Origin: Eubacteriales bacterium
GTDB taxonomy: Bacteria; Bacillota; Clostridia; Oscillospirales; SIG627
Length of the DNA: 64,000 bases
Reading direction: 5' to 3'
NCBI GenBank assembly: GCA_045543495.1
Contig: JAZQMO010000015.1
Span: 74,796-138,795 of the forward strand
The position numbers and the translations under genes were made by a program. The notes under the pieces were generated by a model. It saw nothing but the letters and a program-made list of their open reading frames with translations. It made no database searches and was not told the DNA's origin. How positions within the stretch are numbered: position 1 is the first letter of the stretch; each line of letters begins with the position of its first letter. Shown here piece by piece: positions 1-7,896 of the stretch.

Positions 1-8
1 TTACAAGT

Positions 9-40
9 AAAAAAGAACCGACTGCATAGTCGGTTCTTTT
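9..40 (-). terminator. Rho-independent terminator closing the his operon
   Basis: Perfect 10-bp stem agaaccgact/agtcggttct (14-23 / 28-37) with a 4-nt loop. The A-run at 9-14 gives a U-run on the minus-strand RNA. It lies just downstream of the hisIE stop at 59. Confidence 0.75.
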
Positions 41-58
41 ATTCACTGTAATTGTATA

Positions 59-715
59 TTATTCATTTCCCGTCATTTTTTCTTGCTTTACTTTTTTATC
101 AATTACGTGACGAGAAGCAAGCTCAGAGTAAATATCCTCAAGAGAAATCCCCATTTGAATCATCATTACCATAACGTGATAGCAAAGATCGGAAACCTCG
201 TAGATCGTTTCAGCCTTGTCATCTGCCTTTGCCGCAATAATAACCTCGGTACATTCCTCACCAACCTTTTTCAAGATCTTATCAATTCCCTTTTCAAACA
301 GATAAGTGGTGTAGGAGCCTTCCTTCTTTTCCGTCTTTCTGCCTTCAATCAGCTTCATCAAGGCCTCAAGAGAAAAGTGATTGTATCCTTCCTTTTCCCA
401 AACGGGCTGATAGAAGCAGGATTCCTCCCCCGTGTGACAAGCGGGGCCATCGGTGATAACCTCAACCACCAGCGCATCCTTATCGCAATCTGCGGTAATA
501 GACTGAATGTGCTGGAAATTTCCGCTGGTCTCCCCTTTCAGCCAAAGCTCACCTCGGGAGCGACTCCAAAAGCAGGTCAAGCCCTTTTCCATAGAGATCT
601 CAAGACTCTCCTTTGACATATAGGCAAGGGTCAAGGTCTTCTTGGTTACCGCATCCACAACAATGGCGGGAATCAATCCCTTTTCATCAAATTTCAATTC
701 ATCAATTTTAATCAT
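59..715 (-). CDS. hisI: Bifunctional phosphoribosyl-AMP cyclohydrolase / phosphoribosyl-ATP pyrophosphatase
   Basis: 218 aa. The N-terminal HisI-like half contains CFWSRSRGELWLKGETSGN and CDKDALVV. The C-terminal HisE-like half contains LFEKGIDKILKKVGEE. It is the last gene of a his cluster. Confidence 0.9.
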   Translation of the reverse strand: MIKIDELKFDEKGLIPAIVVDAVTKKTLTLAYMSKESLEISMEKGLTCFWSRSRGELWLKGETSGNFQHIQSITADCDKDALVVEVITDGPACHTGEESCFYQPVWEKEGYNHFSLEALMKLIEGRKTEKKEGSYTTYLFEKGIDKILKKVGEECTEVIIAAKADDKAETIYEVSDLCYHVMVMMIQMGISLEDIYSELASRHVIDKKVKQEKMTGNE

Positions 716-722
716 ATTCTCC

Positions 723-1481
723 TCACAATCGCACCGAGATCCGATGCTTTGACAATTCTTTCTTTAGCTCCTCAATGGAAACCTCTCCGTAATGAAAGAT
801 GGAAGCAGCAAGGCCTGCATCCACCTTGGGAAGGGTTTGGAACAGGTCCACAAAATGCATAATGGAGCCCGCACCGCCCGATGCGATGACAGGAACCGAA
901 ACAGCATCGCAAACCCTTTGGAGCATTTCAAGATCAAAGCCGTCCTTAACGCCATCCGTATCAATGGAATTGACCACGACCTCGCCCGCTCCCAAATCAA
1001 CGCACCGACGGATCCACTCAATGGCCTCCATACCGGTGTTTTCTCGTCCGCCTTTGGCAAATACTCGGAATACGCCGTCAACCCTCTTCACATCGGCTGA
1101 TAACACAACGCATTGATCTCCGTAGCGCTTGGCAGCCTCCCCGATCAAATCGGGATTGCGGATGGCACCGGAATTGACACTGACCTTATCCGCACCGCAG
1201 CTGAGCACACGCTCAAAATCCGAAACCGTATTGATACCGCCACCTACCGTCAAGGGGATAAAAATGGTCTCTGCCACACTTTTCAAGATATCCGTAAACA
1301 AGGCACGGCCCTCGCTGGAAGCGGTAATATCATAAAAGACAAGCTCATCTGCGCCGTTGTCGCTGTAATACTTTGCCAGCGATACAGGACTTGATACATC
1401 CTGCAGTCCTAAAAAGTTTTTCCCTTTTACCACTCGGCCGTCTTTCACATCCAAACAGGGTATAATTCTTTTTGTAATCAT
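723..1481 (-). CDS. hisF: Imidazole glycerol phosphate synthase, cyclase subunit
   Basis: 252 aa. Contains KRIIPCLDVKDGRVVKG and the GADKVSVNS and ASGGAG motifs typical of HisF. Confidence 0.95.
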   Translation of the reverse strand: MITKRIIPCLDVKDGRVVKGKNFLGLQDVSSPVSLAKYYSDNGADELVFYDITASSEGRALFTDILKSVAETIFIPLTVGGGINTVSDFERVLSCGADKVSVNSGAIRNPDLIGEAAKRYGDQCVVLSADVKRVDGVFRVFAKGGRENTGMEAIEWIRRCVDLGAGEVVVNSIDTDGVKDGFDLEMLQRVCDAVSVPVIASGGAGSIMHFVDLFQTLPKVDAGLAASIFHYGEVSIEELKKELSKHRISVRL

Positions 1482-2191
1482 TTTGCCACCTCAACAGCCT
1501 CTTTCAGGTCAATGGCCCCCACATAGTAGGCCTTTCCTACGATGGCACCATACAGATCCATTTTTCTTAAATTCTTCACATCCTCAAGAGAGGAGACACC
1601 GCCCGAGGCCACGATATTTATGGAAAAAGCTTCGGAAAGAGATCGGTACAGTTCAAGATTGGTTCCTTGCATGGCACCGTCTTTCGAAATATCGGTGCAA
1701 ATAATGGTATCGACCCCGATTTTTACCATCTTTTCACAAAAAGAGAAAGCATTCAGATCCGAAACCTGAGTCCATCCCTTGATGGCAACTTTTCCATCCT
1801 TCAAATCAACACCGACGGCAATTTTAGAACCGAAGCGCTTCACCGCATCAGCAAGAAACCCCTCGTCCTTCACGGCCGCAGTACCCAAAATAACACGGCT
1901 TACACCGCAGGAAAAATACTTTTCAACCGTTTCAAGACTGCGGATCCCACCGCCGATCTCCACCGAAAGGCCTGTGTTTTCCGCAATGCTTTTTACAACC
2001 TCAAGATTGGGGGTCGTTCCGTCTCTTGCTCCCTCCAGATCCACCATATGGATCCAGGCAGCTCCCTTTTGTTCAAAATCACGGGCAACTGACAGGGGAT
2101 CGGAGCTGTAAACAGTCATTTTGTTATAATCGCCTTTCAAAAGGCGAACCGCCTTTTTATCGTATAAATCAATCGCAGGAAAAATCAGCAT
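1478..2191 (-). CDS. hisA: ProFAR isomerase
   Basis: 237 aa. Contains IFPAIDLYDKKAVRLLKGDY and VEIGGGIRS. Overlaps hisF by 4 nt. Confidence 0.95.
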   Translation of the reverse strand: MLIFPAIDLYDKKAVRLLKGDYNKMTVYSSDPLSVARDFEQKGAAWIHMVDLEGARDGTTPNLEVVKSIAENTGLSVEIGGGIRSLETVEKYFSCGVSRVILGTAAVKDEGFLADAVKRFGSKIAVGVDLKDGKVAIKGWTQVSDLNAFSFCEKMVKIGVDTIICTDISKDGAMQGTNLELYRSLSEAFSINIVASGGVSSLEDVKNLRKMDLYGAIVGKAYYVGAIDLKEAVEVAK

Positions 2192-2194
2192 CTT

Positions 2195-2806
2195 TTAAAC
2201 CTCACAAAACGCACGAAGAATCCGAAGTCCGACCTCCCCGCTCTTCTCGGGATGAAACTGACAACCGTAAACGTTCCCTTTTCTGACAGCGGCGGTAAGT
2301 GGAGCGCCGTATTCGCTTGTGGCAACAACGCTCTCCTCACAATTTGTCGCATAAAAGGAATGAACGAAATAAACGAAGTCCCCTTCCTTCAAATACCGGA
2401 AAATGGGAGAGGGATCTGAGCAAAAATGAAGAGCGTTCCAACCGATATGGGGTATTTTCAAATCCTTCGGGATCACATCGGAAATCGGTCGGATCTCCCC
2501 CGGGATCAAGCCGAGTCCCTTATGTTCCCCGTATTCAAAGCTTTTATCAAACAGCATTTGCATTCCAAGGCAGATTCCAAGAAAGGGCTTCCCCTTCTCC
2601 ACCTCGGAAAAAATAGTGGGAACCAAGCCGCTTTCGTTTAATTTTCTTGCTGCATCCTCAAAAGCGCCAACGCCGGGCAAAACGACACGGTCTGCGCTTT
2701 GAATGACATTGGGATCAGAGGTAATTACAACCTCTTCCCCAATCTCACGAAAAGAACTGGAAAGGGAAAACAAATTTCCCACACCGTAATCAATGATAGC
2801 AACCAT
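2195..2806 (-). CDS. hisH: Imidazole glycerol phosphate synthase, glutaminase subunit
   Basis: 203 aa. Contains IIDYGVGNL, the catalytic GICLGMQML motif and QFHPEKS. Confidence 0.95.
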   Translation of the reverse strand: MVAIIDYGVGNLFSLSSSFREIGEEVVITSDPNVIQSADRVVLPGVGAFEDAARKLNESGLVPTIFSEVEKGKPFLGICLGMQMLFDKSFEYGEHKGLGLIPGEIRPISDVIPKDLKIPHIGWNALHFCSDPSPIFRYLKEGDFVYFVHSFYATNCEESVVATSEYGAPLTAAVRKGNVYGCQFHPEKSGEVGLRILRAFCEV

Positions 2807-3393
2807 TAAAGAACTCCTTTGGTAGACGGAATTTCATTGGCAAAGCGTTCATCCACCGAAACAGCCTCTCTCAAGGAGCGGGCAACGGATTTAAATGCAC
2901 CTTCCGCTATGTGATGGGAGTTCTTCCCCGCCAAGGAACGAATGTGGAGCGACATAGGACAATTTCTCACAAAGCCAAGCCAAAACTCTTCCATCAATTC
3001 TACATCAAAGGTACCGATCTTTTTAGCACGGATCGACAAATCATAGGAAAGATGGCTTCTGCCCGACAAGTCGACGGCAGACAAAATCAAGGCTTCGTCC
3101 ATAGGAAGGATCATAGAACCGTAACGCACGATTCCTTTCTTGTCTCCCAATGCCTTATTAAAAGCAGTACCGAGGGAAATTCCGATATCCTCCACCGTGT
3201 GGTGATCATCAACCACAACATCGCCTTTGCAGGTAAGATTTAAGTCAAAACGGCCGTGAGAAGCAAAAAGCGTCAGCATATGGTCCAAAAAGCCGCAGCC
3301 TGTCTCAATTTTGCTTTTTCCGGAGCCGTCCAGATTCAAAAACAGTTCAACATCGGTTTCAGCAGTTTTTCTTTTGATTTCAAACGATCTCAT
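2806..3393 (-). CDS. hisB: Imidazoleglycerol-phosphate dehydratase
   Basis: 195 aa. Contains RKTAETDV, GCGFLDHML, DDHHTVEDIGI and HHIAEGAFK motifs. It is monofunctional, with no phosphatase domain. Confidence 0.95.
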   Translation of the reverse strand: MRSFEIKRKTAETDVELFLNLDGSGKSKIETGCGFLDHMLTLFASHGRFDLNLTCKGDVVVDDHHTVEDIGISLGTAFNKALGDKKGIVRYGSMILPMDEALILSAVDLSGRSHLSYDLSIRAKKIGTFDVELMEEFWLGFVRNCPMSLHIRSLAGKNSHHIAEGAFKSVARSLREAVSVDERFANEIPSTKGVL

Positions 3394-4454
3394 AATACCT
3401 CCTTCAAAATCTCCTTTGATGCCGCAACAAAGGCCATCATATCATCACGGGAACCTACGGTGACACGGCAATAGTCCACAATTCTCGGAAGATTAAAATG
3501 ACGAACTAAAATTCCTTTTTCCTTCAGTTTCAAATAGAAATCAGTTCCTGAAATCGCAGGATGTGAAACAAACAAAAAGTTTGCCATAGAGTCGGTCATT
3601 ACAAAGCCCAGCTGTTTTAATTCCAATGAGGTCCACACTCTGTTTTCCATTACGGCTTCACAGTTTTTCCGAAAATACAGATCATCCTCAAGAGCACCGA
3701 TTCCTGCTGCCATGGTGGCAGAATTGATGCAATAGGGATTGGTGGAGTATTTGATGGTATTCAAATCCGCAATCAGCTCCTCCGATCCGATTCCCATACC
3801 AAGACGGGCTCCTGCCATGGAGCGAGACTTGGAGAAGGTTTGTGTAACCAGAAGATTGGGATAGCGATGGATCAAGGGAACACAGCTTTCCGCACCGAAA
3901 TCCACATACGCCTCATCAATCACAACCACATTGTCGGGATTGTGAATCAAAATTTGTTCGATTTCCGCAGTCGTCAGACAAAGGCCGGTAGGCGCATTGG
4001 GGTTGGCAATAAAAATTGTTTTTCCGAGGCCGAAATAATCGGAGATCTGAATGGAAAAATCCTCGCAAAGGGGGATGGTTTCATAGGGAATAAAATTTGC
4101 CTTCGCAAAGACGGGATAAAAGCCGTAGGTCAGATCCGGAAATACAGCAGGCGTTTTTTCATCACAAAAGGCCATAAATGCAAAATTTAGTACATCATCG
4201 GAGCCATTGGTCCAGATGATCTGATTTTCTTTTACACAGTAGCGAGATGCCAAGGCGGATGATAATGCTCTGCACTCGGGATCGGGATACAAATGATATC
4301 TCTTTGCGGCCCAAGAAGCCTTCTCCAAGGCAAGTTCTGACGGCGGAAAGGGAGATTCATTGGTATTGAGCTTGATATATTTTTGATCCTTAGGCTGTTC
4401 CCCCGGGGTATAGGGGGTTAAAGAAGAATATTTATTACTGAAAAAACGACTCAT
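3390..4454 (-). CDS. hisC: Histidinol-phosphate aminotransferase
   Basis: 354 aa class-II aminotransferase. Contains LNTNESPFPP and the TFSKSRSMAGARLG PLP-lysine motif. Sits in his-operon context. Confidence 0.9.
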   Translation of the reverse strand: MSRFFSNKYSSLTPYTPGEQPKDQKYIKLNTNESPFPPSELALEKASWAAKRYHLYPDPECRALSSALASRYCVKENQIIWTNGSDDVLNFAFMAFCDEKTPAVFPDLTYGFYPVFAKANFIPYETIPLCEDFSIQISDYFGLGKTIFIANPNAPTGLCLTTAEIEQILIHNPDNVVVIDEAYVDFGAESCVPLIHRYPNLLVTQTFSKSRSMAGARLGMGIGSEELIADLNTIKYSTNPYCINSATMAAGIGALEDDLYFRKNCEAVMENRVWTSLELKQLGFVMTDSMANFLFVSHPAISGTDFYLKLKEKGILVRHFNLPRIVDYCRVTVGSRDDMMAFVAASKEILKEVL

Positions 4455-4457
4455 AGC

Positions 4458-5729
4458 TTACTCCGAACGAATGACAGCGCTCTTGGCATGGGCAGTCAAG
4501 CCCTCCTCACAGGCAAAGCGATATACATCCTGTGCGACTGCATCCAAAGCCTCCTTCGTATAATAGGTATACTGCATTTTTTTCACGAAATCATCCACAG
4601 ACAGGGGGCTTGAAAACCGAGCCGTCCCGCTGGTAGGCAAAGTGTGGTTTGCACCGGAAAAATAGTCCCCCAATGCTTCGGGACAGTTTCTGCCCATAAA
4701 GACAGAGCCTGCATGGCGAATCTGATCCAACACGGCAAAGGGATCATCCAAGCAAAGTTCCAAATGCTCGGGTGCAATGCGGTTGGAGATCTCAATAGCA
4801 CACCCAATACTGTCTGCCACAATGATCTTTCCGTTTTCATCAATGGAAATACGGGCAATCTCCTGTCTTTCCAAAAGCGGAATCTGCTTTTCTAATTCGT
4901 CACGAACCTTTTCGGCAAAGGAAGCATCATCGGTAACCAAAACGGCACTGGCCATTTTATCGTGCTCGGCCTGTGACAGAAGATCTGCCGCAATATGGGA
5001 GGGATTGCTCTTTCCGTCGGATATGATCAAAATTTCACTGGGACCTGCGATCATATCAATGGAGACCACGCCAAACACTTGCTTTTTTGCCTCTGCAACG
5101 AAGGCATTACCAGGACCCACGATTTTGTCCACCTTCGGAACCGATTGGGTTCCGTATGCCAAGGCGGCAACGGCCTGCGCACCGCCGATCTTGAAAATGC
5201 GATCCACCCCCGCAACGGAAGCGGCCGCCAGAATGGCAGGATTGATCTTTCCGTTTTTGCCGGGAGGGGAAACCATAACGATCTCATCACAGCCGGCAAT
5301 TTTAGCAGGAACTGCATTCATCAGTACCGTGGAGGGGTACGCCGCCGTACCTCCGGGAACATAAATTCCCACTCTCTCCAGAGGAATTACCTTTTGTCCC
5401 ATTACAACACCGGGTCTGTTATTGAGAAGAAATCCTTGACGAACCTGCTTTTCGTGAAACGCACGAATGTTTTTCTCTGCTTTTTTCAAGATTTTAATGA
5501 AATCTACGTCTACTTGGTCAAGAGCTTCTTGTATCTCCTCGGCAGTTACTTCAAGGGAGGAAAGCTTGGCCTTATCAAAGCGCTCGCAATAGTCAAAGAG
5601 CGCCTGATCACCGTTTGCTCTCACATTACGAATAATTTCAGAAACGATATCTTCAACGCCGAATTTTTGTTCCGATCTGGCAAAGATCTCGCTGTCGCTC
5701 ACCTCGCCGTGACGGTAAATTTTGATCAT
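4458..5729 (-). CDS. hisD: Histidinol dehydrogenase
   Basis: 423 aa. Contains YVPGGTAAYPSTVLM, LLSQAEHD and ANHTLPT motifs. Confidence 0.95.
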   Translation of the reverse strand: MIKIYRHGEVSDSEIFARSEQKFGVEDIVSEIIRNVRANGDQALFDYCERFDKAKLSSLEVTAEEIQEALDQVDVDFIKILKKAEKNIRAFHEKQVRQGFLLNNRPGVVMGQKVIPLERVGIYVPGGTAAYPSTVLMNAVPAKIAGCDEIVMVSPPGKNGKINPAILAAASVAGVDRIFKIGGAQAVAALAYGTQSVPKVDKIVGPGNAFVAEAKKQVFGVVSIDMIAGPSEILIISDGKSNPSHIAADLLSQAEHDKMASAVLVTDDASFAEKVRDELEKQIPLLERQEIARISIDENGKIIVADSIGCAIEISNRIAPEHLELCLDDPFAVLDQIRHAGSVFMGRNCPEALGDYFSGANHTLPTSGTARFSSPLSVDDFVKKMQYTYYTKEALDAVAQDVYRFACEEGLTAHAKSAVIRSE

Positions 5730-6370
5730 TTTTCAGCCTCCGTAGAAAGTTGGGAGGAAAGACTGGATAAAATTCTTTCCATAGCTTCTGTTTTGAATTT
5801 AAAGCTGGATTTGTTTGCAATCAATCTTGCACTGATGGGAACCACATCCTCAATCACTTCCAGCGCATTTTCCTTCAAGGTGGTTCCTGTCTCCACGATA
5901 TCCACAATCACATCGGTCAAGCCCAAGATAGGGGCAATTTCAATGGATCCGTTCAAGTGAACGATATCAATATCTCTTCCTCTGCCACGGAAGTAATCCT
6001 TTGCGATATTGGAAAACTTTGTAGCAACACGAAGGGTACGGGAAGCATCATCCCGAAAACCGACGGGAGCCGCTACGGCCATTTTACAAATTCCGGTTTT
6101 CAGATCAAGCAGCTCATATACATCGGGTGCGTATTCCAAAAGAATATCCTTTCCTGCAACACCGATATCCGCAACACCGCGCTCCACGTAAATGGATACA
6201 TCGGAAGGCTTGACCCAAAAATAGCGAACCCCGCAGGATTCATTTTCAAAAATAAGCTTTCGGGTATTCTCCATCACCTGAGGGCACTCAAAGCCCGCTT
6301 TTGCAAACATGGAATACACTCTCTCACCAAGACGGCCCTTTGGCAGTGCAATGTTTAACATATTACTCAA
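5726..6370 (-). CDS. hisG: ATP phosphoribosyltransferase, short (HisZ-dependent) form
   Basis: 214 aa. Contains LNIALPKGRL and DIVETGTTLKEN. Its short length and the adjacent hisZ indicate the short form. Overlaps hisD by 4 nt. Confidence 0.9.
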   Translation of the reverse strand: MSNMLNIALPKGRLGERVYSMFAKAGFECPQVMENTRKLIFENESCGVRYFWVKPSDVSIYVERGVADIGVAGKDILLEYAPDVYELLDLKTGICKMAVAAPVGFRDDASRTLRVATKFSNIAKDYFRGRGRDIDIVHLNGSIEIAPILGLTDVIVDIVETGTTLKENALEVIEDVVPISARLIANKSSFKFKTEAMERILSSLSSQLSTEAEK

Positions 6371-7481
6371 CGCTCTTCACCCCACTGTCACACAATTCAA
6401 ACAATTTACGGTAACGCAATTTTTTCGGTATCACTTTTTGACATACAACCGTCTCAAATTCTTCTCTCAGGGCTTTCACCGCTTTTTCCACATGGGATAC
6501 GGAATCAATATCGCTGTAAAGCAAAACGGCATCCACATCGTATTCCTTTTTTTCGGATAAAATCCCCTGCAAAGCATCAAGATAAACGGCAAAACCGATT
6601 GCCCCGCCTCGGCACCCCATTTTCTCCATCAGACGGTCATACTGACCTCCTGACAAAATGCCGCTTGGCACGCCCTCAACAAAGCCCTTGAATACAATTC
6701 CGTTATAGTAATCCGTATGGTTCACCACGGAAAAATCAAGGTTGATCATATCTCCAAAGCCTTCTTGGGACAGAGAGAGATAAAGATCGTTTAAAAAAGC
6801 AACCTGATCAAAAAACACAGTATTGCGGAAGGTGGAAATCAATTTCGGCATTACGCTGTCAAAATGGCCGTAGGTGGAAACCAAAGTGCAAAGCAATTCG
6901 GTCTTATTCTCGGGAACCAAGCACTTTTTGGTAATATCACGGATTTCGTGAAGATTCTTCTTCCCCACCGCCTCAAAAATACTTTTTTTGGTTTCATTAT
7001 CGATCCCAAGTGAATGGATCACATCGGAAAGGAGACCAAAATGAGAAAGATCCAAAACAGATCGATCAGAAAAGATGCGAAGGCTTTTGGCGGCAAGCAA
7101 CAAAACCTCATAAATATCGTACTGACCGACACATCCCATGCTTTCAATGCCGATCTGCTTGATCTCCTTAAAGCCGCCGCTTCGGTCTGATACACGGTAT
7201 ACGTTTTCATCATAAAACACCTTGGAAACGTATTTTCCCTCTTCCCTGAAATTTTTAATGATGGAGAGGGTCACGTCAGGCTTCATGGCAAGAAGCTTTC
7301 CGTTGGTATCGGTAAACGTAATAATGCCGTCAGAAATCAAAAAGTCCTTATTTCTGACATACAGGTCATACTCCTCAAACTTACTCATTTTAAATTGTGA
7401 GAAGCCATAGTTTTCAAACAGGTTGCGAAGCAAAAACTCTGCCTTTTCGCTACCGTTGATTCTGAAATTACAGGTATTCAT
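6363..7481 (-). CDS. hisZ: ATP phosphoribosyltransferase regulatory subunit (HisRS paralog)
   Basis: 372 aa with a class-II aaRS-like core. Overlaps hisG by 8 nt and lies directly upstream of hisG. Confidence 0.85.
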   Translation of the reverse strand: MNTCNFRINGSEKAEFLLRNLFENYGFSQFKMSKFEEYDLYVRNKDFLISDGIITFTDTNGKLLAMKPDVTLSIIKNFREEGKYVSKVFYDENVYRVSDRSGGFKEIKQIGIESMGCVGQYDIYEVLLLAAKSLRIFSDRSVLDLSHFGLLSDVIHSLGIDNETKKSIFEAVGKKNLHEIRDITKKCLVPENKTELLCTLVSTYGHFDSVMPKLISTFRNTVFFDQVAFLNDLYLSLSQEGFGDMINLDFSVVNHTDYYNGIVFKGFVEGVPSGILSGGQYDRLMEKMGCRGGAIGFAVYLDALQGILSEKKEYDVDAVLLYSDIDSVSHVEKAVKALREEFETVVCQKVIPKKLRYRKLFELCDSGVKSVE

Positions 7482-7484
7482 AGA

Positions 7485-7775
7485 TCACCGATTCTCCTCA
7501 AGCTTTGAAATGGCATTCAAGTAACCGCCGCTTCCATAAGATATGCACTTATTCACACGGCTGATGGTTGCAGTGCTCACACCGGTTTTTCGATTGATTT
7601 CCTGATAGTTGGTTCCGTTTTTCAAAAGGATCGCAACCTCAAGGCGTTGGGACATATCCATAATTTCCTTAATTGTACAAAGATCCTCTAAAAACAAATA
7701 GCAGTCCTCCACGGTTTTCATTTCGGACAAAACCTTCATCAAACGATCGGTTGATTCATTATGCCAATTGGTCAT
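7485..7775 (-). CDS. YerC/YecD-type TrpR-family DNA-binding protein, candidate his regulator
   Basis: 96 aa. The pattern EDCYLFLEDLCTIKEIMDMSQRLEVAILL...YQEINRKTGVSTATISRVNKCISYGSGGY matches the YerC/YecD TrpR-like family. It is the first gene of the his transcription unit. RBS gaagggaga. Confidence 0.8.
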   Translation of the reverse strand: MTNWHNESTDRLMKVLSEMKTVEDCYLFLEDLCTIKEIMDMSQRLEVAILLKNGTNYQEINRKTGVSTATISRVNKCISYGSGGYLNAISKLEENR

Positions 7776-7804
7776 AGCATTCTCCCTTCAGCAATTGTTT
7801 TACT

Positions 7805-7833
7805 ATATTACCACTTTAATGCGTTAAAGTCAA
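7805..7833 (-). promoter_or_regulatory. Sigma-A-type promoter of the yerC-his operon, with an embedded imperfect palindrome
   Basis: On the minus strand: TTGACT (7828-7833), 17-nt spacer, TAATAT (7805-7810). The 18-bp near-palindrome ACTTTAAcgcaTTAAAGT (7813-7830) spans the spacer and the -35 box. Confidence 0.6.
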
Positions 7834-7855
7834 TAGGGATTTTGCAAATAAATAT

Positions 7856-7895
7856 AAAAAGATGCGGGTCTTGGTCGGATCCGCATCTTTTTTTG
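7856..7895. terminator. Bidirectional-looking rho-independent terminator after the TIM-barrel/acyl-CoA-ligase gene
   Basis: Stem gatgcgg(g)tc / ga(t)ccgcatc, flanked by an A-run (7856-7860) and a T-run (7888-7895). It is the only obvious intrinsic terminator, other than the T-box terminators, between 21.7 kb and the his promoter. Confidence 0.75.
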
Positions 7896-7896
7896 A

